A stretch of DNA of 63,896 nucleotides, filler included, from a bacterium (GTDB taxonomy: Bacteria; JAJRZV01), in NCBI GenBank assembly GCA_024275095.1. It is 4 parts of 4 records of this genome, joined end to end, with 100 filler letters (N's around TTAATTAATTAA, not from the genome) between each part and the next. Parts side by side here need not be neighbours in the genome. Positions count along the whole stretch, not along the records: positions 50,446 to 63,896 come from JAJRZV010000007.1; 3 more parts are not named here. One strand, given 5' to 3'. Shown here piece after piece: positions 59,870-63,896 of the stretch (position 1 is the stretch's first letter; each line of letters begins with the position of its first letter). Position numbers and translations under genes: made by a program. The notes beneath the pieces are model-generated. The model saw only the letters and a list, made by a program, of their open reading frames with translations, searched no databases and had not been told where the DNA came from.

Positions 59870-60517
59870 TTATTCTTCAAATTTTTGAACCACGCGGAGA
59901 GATCTCCTCAATTTAAACAAAGTATATTTAAATTTCAGGATAAAATCTTTCTTTCTGTCGTGTTTCTCTTTAAAAATGTTTTTAAAAATATCTCCTACAA
60001 TGCCTCCGTTACCTGCGCAGATGAGGTAGAAGCAATCATTTCTCGGTGTAATAAGAGGCAGGCCGTTTATTTCTGGTAGCCTGTAGAGTTCTTCTGCATT
60101 TTCTATAATGATGCCCACGTTACCCTTAGGAAACACCCGGAGCGCTCTGTCCAATATTTTGCTGAAACGATGCGAAGAGATAGAAGTGGTATCAACATAA
60201 AATAACAGTACGTCTATACCGACAGCATAGGCCCAATCTATCCATTCCTGCTGACCCGGAGGAGCACATACAGCGATGACGAAAGGGTTGTATTCTTTAA
60301 TGATTTCATAAAGAATTTCACGGAAAGCAAACAGGCCTCCGTCATTTTCTCGGGGGTTAATGTTGATGAGGAGCGTATATTTTACAGCAGGAGGCTGAAC
60401 AGGGCCGAGCGTGTGTTTCTCCAGTACTTCGCAGATTTTTTTGTTAAATTCAATACTTGTGTTTGTGGCGAACGCAAGTCCCGCTGGTAACAGATATTTT
60501 GTTAGGTTTCCTTCCAT
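59870..60517 (-). CDS. Hypothetical protein resembling a reduced radical-SAM barrel without CxxxCxxC
   Basis: APPGQQEWIDWAYAVGID...RALRVFPKGNV and C-terminal LRRSLRV recall C-terminal barrel segments of radical SAM proteins; has its own promoter and GGAG SD. Confidence 0.5.
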   Translation of the reverse strand: MEGNLTKYLLPAGLAFATNTSIEFNKKICEVLEKHTLGPVQPPAVKYTLLININPRENDGGLFAFREILYEIIKEYNPFVIAVCAPPGQQEWIDWAYAVGIDVLLFYVDTTSISSHRFSKILDRALRVFPKGNVGIIIENAEELYRLPEINGLPLITPRNDCFYLICAGNGGIVGDIFKNIFKEKHDRKKDFILKFKYTLFKLRRSLRVVQKFEE

Positions 60518-60540
60518 TTTCGTCTCCGCGTTGGGGGTAA

Positions 60541-60569
60541 ATGGTACAAAAGTTCACTAAAATTGTCAA
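60541..60569 (-). promoter_or_regulatory. sigma70-type promoter of the minus-strand transporter/reductase operon
   Basis: Minus strand TTGACA, 17-nt spacer, TACCAT. Confidence 0.7.
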
Positions 60570-60658
60570 GAATTCGGGGTTTCAAAACTTCCTTTTCCAT
60601 GTTAAATCCTCCCCGGGAGGTTCATCACAGGTGAAAATACAGGTATAATAATAAAATC

Positions 60659-60871
60659 ATGGATAAAATGACAGAAGATGAAATACTCCAGTTTATAAAA
60701 GGAGAAAATCTTGTGGAGTTTGTTCCTATATCATTTGAGGAAAGTGAGCGTTTGCTGGCTTTTATGAAGGGTCGTTACGCTTTTCTGGCAACGCGTGAGG
60801 GGACATTCAAGGTTACAGAAGAGGTGTTTAGGGAACTGGTAGAGAATAATTTTAAAATTAAAAGGCTCTGA
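60659..60871 (+). CDS. Small hypothetical protein (70 aa)
   Basis: Free-standing ORF downstream of TTCATC-17-TATAAT, with protein-like composition. Confidence 0.6.
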   Translation: MDKMTEDEILQFIKGENLVEFVPISFEESERLLAFMKGRYAFLATREGTFKVTEEVFRELVENNFKIKRL

Positions 60872-60937
60872 AATCGGTCGAGGGGTTGAAGGAGCGTTGA
60901 GGGACTGACGACATTTGCTAAAATAACAGGCGGACAC

Positions 60938-61010
60938 CGGGGCGTAGCGCAGTGGTTAGCGCGTCCGGTTCGGGACCGGAAGGTCGGCCGTTCAAATCGG
61001 CTCGCCCCGA
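60938..61010 (+). tRNA. tRNA-Pro(CGG), CCA not encoded
   Basis: Acceptor stem CGGGGCG/CGCCCCG-A, D arm GCGC-AGTGGTTA-GCGC, anticodon arm TCCGG-TTCGGGA-CCGGA, T loop GTTCAAATC. Confidence 0.96.
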
Positions 61011-61071
61011 TTTTTAGCCTTCCACTGGCTTGATAAAATGTATTTTGATTTGAAACAGGAGGCGTGCTAAC

Positions 61072-61100
61072 TTGACATCTTTAAGATGTCACATTACCAT
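61072..61100 (+). promoter_or_regulatory. rpsF operon promoter with overlapping 19-bp palindrome
   Basis: TTGACA-17-TACCAT; TGACATCTT-T-AAGATGTCA at 61073-61091. Confidence 0.7.
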
Positions 61101-61130
61101 ACAATCTTCATTACACCGGGAGGTTCGTGT

Positions 61131-61532
61131 ATGAAAAAACGGAAATACGAGCTTGTGTATGTACTGGGTGAAAAAGCCGGTGATGTTGATTTTCAGGAGG
61201 TTCGTGATCGCCTGGAGAGAATTATCAAACGCTTTGAAGGAGAAATTGAAGCTTTTGAAGACTGGGGTCAGAGAAAGCTGGCATATGAAATAGAAAAAAA
61301 TAAGATGGGGTATTACTTTCGTATAATATTCACTGCCCTTCCTGCTGCTCAGCATGAGATACACAGAGTTCTCAGGATAGATGAAAGAGTGATCCGCTTT
61401 CTCAGTCTTTTGAAAAAAGAAGATAAACGCCATTCTCAACCAGAAGCAAAAACCCGGGAAAGTGCTGGAGAAGATAATACTGCTGAAAAAGAAGTAAAGG
61501 AGGATAAAGAAGACAATGCCCAGCTACAGTAG
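61131..61532 (+). CDS. rpsF: 30S ribosomal protein S6
   Basis: KYELVYVL, DWGQRKLAYEI, RIDERVIRF; ATG 61131 after GGAGG. Confidence 0.96.
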   Translation: MKKRKYELVYVLGEKAGDVDFQEVRDRLERIIKRFEGEIEAFEDWGQRKLAYEIEKNKMGYYFRIIFTALPAAQHEIHRVLRIDERVIRFLSLLKKEDKRHSQPEAKTRESAGEDNTAEKEVKEDKEDNAQLQ

Positions 61533-61905
61533 GGTCATTATTATTGGGAATCTTGTTCGGGATCCTGAGGTGCGCTATACGCCTTCCGGCACGGCTGTTG
61601 CCAACATGCGGGTTGCGGTGAACCATCGCGTTAAAAGGGGTGGAGAGGTTGTTGAAGAAGTGAGTTTTTTCGATGTTGTTGCTTTTGGTCGTACCGCTCA
61701 GGCATCTGCAGAATTTCTCGAGAAAGGAAGTATGGTATTTGTTGATGGTAGCTTGCGCGAGAGAAGGTGGGAAACCCAGGATGGCCAGCGACGAAGCAAA
61801 ATAGAAATCATTGCCGATACAATGCGTTTTCTTTCCCCCAGGAAAAACGCCTCGACTGCAGAGAGTCCTCCAGAAGAGGAGGAAGTTATTGAAGAACCTG
61901 AATAA
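61516..61905 (+). CDS. ssb: Single-stranded DNA-binding protein
   Basis: IGNLVRDPEVRYTPSG, VFVDGSL...WETQDGQRRSK. Confidence 0.95.
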   Translation: MPSYSRVIIIGNLVRDPEVRYTPSGTAVANMRVAVNHRVKRGGEVVEEVSFFDVVAFGRTAQASAEFLEKGSMVFVDGSLRERRWETQDGQRRSKIEIIADTMRFLSPRKNASTAESPPEEEEVIEEPE

Positions 61906-61921
61906 AGAGGAGGTGTAACTG

Positions 61922-62161
61922 ATGACCGAGCCGCAGAAACGTGCACCTGCTTACTATGCACGTAAAAAAGTATGCAGGTTTTGCGCGGATAAAGAACTCA
62001 CAATTGATTACAGAAACGTGGATTTACTCGAGCAGTACATTACAGAACGCGCCAAGATTTTGCCTCGTCGTATTACTGGTGTGTGTTCACGACACCAGCG
62101 AATGTTGAAAAGGGCCATCAAAAGAGCAAGGCTTCTTGCTCTTTTGCCTTTTGTTAGATAG
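61922..62161 (+). CDS. rpsR: 30S ribosomal protein S18 (Zn-ribbon form)
   Basis: [28 protein letters not shown]. Confidence 0.97.
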   Translation: MTEPQKRAPAYYARKKVCRFCADKELTIDYRNVDLLEQYITERAKILPRRITGVCSRHQRMLKRAIKRARLLALLPFVR

Positions 62162-62170
62162 AAGCGGAGG

Positions 62171-62620
62171 TTGACAGTGAAGGTTATTCTTACAGAGGAT
62201 GTGAAAGGACTTGGGAAGATGGGTGATGTCGTTCGGGTGAAGGATGGATATGCTCGTAATTATCTCCTTCCGCGGCAGTTGGCTGTTCCTGCAGATGAGA
62301 AGAACTTAAAGGCTCTTGAACACGCTCAGCGGATTATAGAGGCAAAGAAGCGGAAAGCGGTGAGAACAGCAGAGAGCCTTAAACAGCGGATCGAAGAACT
62401 TTCTTTAACTATTAAGCGCAAGGCTGGCCAGGAAGAGAAGCTTTTCGGTTCAGTAACAACAGCAGATATAGAAGAGGCCTTGAAAAATGAAGGGATTAAT
62501 GTGTCGCGTAAAGACATTTTAATGGATGAACCTATTAAGAAATTGGGATATTATACTCTTAGAGTGAGGCTGGCTCCTGAGATAGAGGCGGAGTTAAAAG
62601 TCTGGATTGTACAGGAATAA
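62171..62620 (+). CDS. rplI: 50S ribosomal protein L9
   Basis: VKDGYARNYLLP, KLFGSVT. Confidence 0.97.
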   Translation: MTVKVILTEDVKGLGKMGDVVRVKDGYARNYLLPRQLAVPADEKNLKALEHAQRIIEAKKRKAVRTAESLKQRIEELSLTIKRKAGQEEKLFGSVTTADIEEALKNEGINVSRKDILMDEPIKKLGYYTLRVRLAPEIEAELKVWIVQE

Positions 62621-62641
62621 AAGTAAGATGCGGGTGTTTCT

Positions 62642-63896
62642 GTGCCCGTAAAACAGAATCTTCCCAGGAACATAGAGGCAGAGAGAAACCTTCTTTCTGT
62701 ATTGATATTTGATCCCTCACGATTCAGTGAGGTTTTGGAAATTCTTGGAAAGAATCCTGAACAGGCGTTTTACAGCGAACGCAATCGGACGATATTCGAG
62801 GGTCTTTTCTCCCTTTACAACGAAGGTATCCCTATTGATGCTGTAACGCTGGAAGAGCATCTTAAAAAGACAGGTAAACTTCAAAAAGCAGGTGGTAGTG
62901 AGTATCTCAGTGAACTTGTTGCTCTCAGTCCCACGATTTCCATGATGCCCCATTACGCAAAGATTCTCCGTGAGAAAAAACTTATGCGTCAGGTAATTAA
63001 TGTGTGCTCGAAGATTATTGACGATGCCACAGCTGAACCGGAGGATACAGACGAATTTTTTGATCGGGTAGAGCAGAGTGTTTTCGAAATCACCCAGGAA
63101 ACGGTTCAGTCTCTTTTTGCACCCGCCAAAGACGTGGTGACAGAAATCAATGAAATGATCGAGAAGATTTACCATGAACGAACCCTGCCCGGGGGTATTC
63201 CCACAGGTTTTTTGCGTCTTGATGAAATGACAGGCGGGCTACAGCCTTCAGAACTCATAATTATTGCTGCACGTCCTGGTATGGGTAAAACTTCTTTATG
63301 CCTGGATATTGCATACAATGTTGGTGTAAAGGCTCAAATGCCCGTGGCTATATTTTCCCTTGAGATGACGCGCATTCAATTGCTTTTGAGAATGATCTGT
63401 GCAGCATCCAAGATCAACTCTCACCTTCTCAGGCGTGGACTTGTGAGAATGAGTGATATATCGCGCTTCCTTAGGGAAGCTTCAAAAATTGCACGTTCTC
63501 CTATTTTCATCAATGACAGTTCAGCAATTTCTCCTATTGAAATTCGTGCAGGTGCACGCCGGCTCAAAGCTGAACATGATGTAAAACTCATTATTGTTGA
63601 TTATCTCCAGCTTATACGACCTTACAGGCGTTTTGACTCGAGAGAACAGGAAGTGGCGTACATTTCCAGATCGTTGAAATCCCTTGCAAAGGAGCTGGGT
63701 GTTCCTGTGATTGCTGTATCCCAGCTTAACAGGGCTATAGAACGAAGAGGTGAAAGAAGCCGCCCCATGCTTTCGGACCTGAGGGAGTCCGGGGCCATAG
63801 AGCAGGACGCTGACGTGATTATGTTCATTCACAGAGAGGCGGATTTCAGCGAGCTTTGTTCTTGCCCTCCGGATGAAGAGTGCATATGCGGCAGGC
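62642..63896 (+). CDS. dnaB: Replicative DNA helicase DnaB (3' partial)
   Basis: Not in the ORF track. Hand translation from GTG 62642: PRNIEAE, IIIAARPGMGKT, IVDYLQL, SQLNR, SDLRESGAIEQDADV; no intein in the visible part. Confidence 0.96.
   Translation, partial: MPVKQNLPRNIEAERNLLSVLIFDPSRFSEVLEILGKNPEQAFYSERNRTIFEGLFSLYNEGIPIDAVTLEEHLKKTGKLQKAGGSEYLSELVALSPTISMMPHYAKILREKKLMRQVINVCSKIIDDATAEPEDTDEFFDRVEQSVFEITQETVQSLFAPAKDVVTEINEMIEKIYHERTLPGGIPTGFLRLDEMTGGLQPSELIIIAARPGMGKTSLCLDIAYNVGVKAQMPVAIFSLEMTRIQLLLRMICAASKINSHLLRRGLVRMSDISRFLREASKIARSPIFINDSSAISPIEIRAGARRLKAEHDVKLIIVDYLQLIRPYRRFDSREQEVAYISRSLKSLAKELGVPVIAVSQLNRAIERRGERSRPMLSDLRESGAIEQDADVIMFIHREADFSELCSCPPDEECICGR

Noticed and set aside
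60938-61070. tRNA-Pro as an integration site for a prophage or island
   Set aside because: No duplicated tRNA 3' end or integrase; housekeeping genes follow directly.
61059-61076. sigma54 -24/-12 promoter (GGCGTG...TTGA)
   Set aside because: Spacing is off by one and the -12 GC is absent; a sigma70 promoter explains the site.

Overview
Bacterial draft-genome window made of four contigs (1-23444, 23545-38384, 38485-50345, 50446-63896) joined by artificial 100-nt N/TTAATTAATTAA linkers, so adjacency across linkers is not biological evidence. Gene content (rny-ymdB after zapA-6S, System II cytochrome c maturation, MYXO-CTERM-like sorting tail, Cys-insert DnaB) suggests a deltaproteobacteria-like (Myxococcota/Desulfobacterota-type) organism; this is inference. 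Contig 1: a giant Asp-rich repeat surface protein coupled to a partial beta-barrel-like ORF, a GxGYxYP protein, ACT protein, FAD oxidoreductase, metallophosphoesterase and the dcw cluster mraZ-murB. Contig 2: a decayed AAA+/DUF4143 pseudogene with REP-like remnants and an acyl-CoA catabolic operon of at least 14 genes resembling actinobacterial steroid side-chain modules (Ltp3/Ltp4-like, double DUF35, paired ACADs, MaoC pair). Contig 3: zapA-6S RNA-ygfA-rny-ymdB, a cyclic-nucleotide module (GAF sigma54 activator divergent from CHASE2 adenylate cyclase, tandem cNMP-binding protein, GAF/HD-GYP), then HNH, MinD-like ATPase and a J-like protein. Contig 4: CaCA antiporter, ResB/CcsA-lipoprotein-membrane protein-B12 radical SAM operon, an opposing operon (radical-SAM-derived protein, DASS transporter, USP-like protein, siroheme reductase-TusA fusion), tRNA-Pro(CGG) and rpsF-ssb-rpsR-rplI-dnaB. 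Best candidates for uncharacterised systems: the cytochrome-maturation/B12 radical SAM operon, the cNMP/c-di-NMP/sigma54 module and the sulfur operon. No CRISPR array, rRNA or intact transposase was seen. All calls come from motif reading; no database searches were run.
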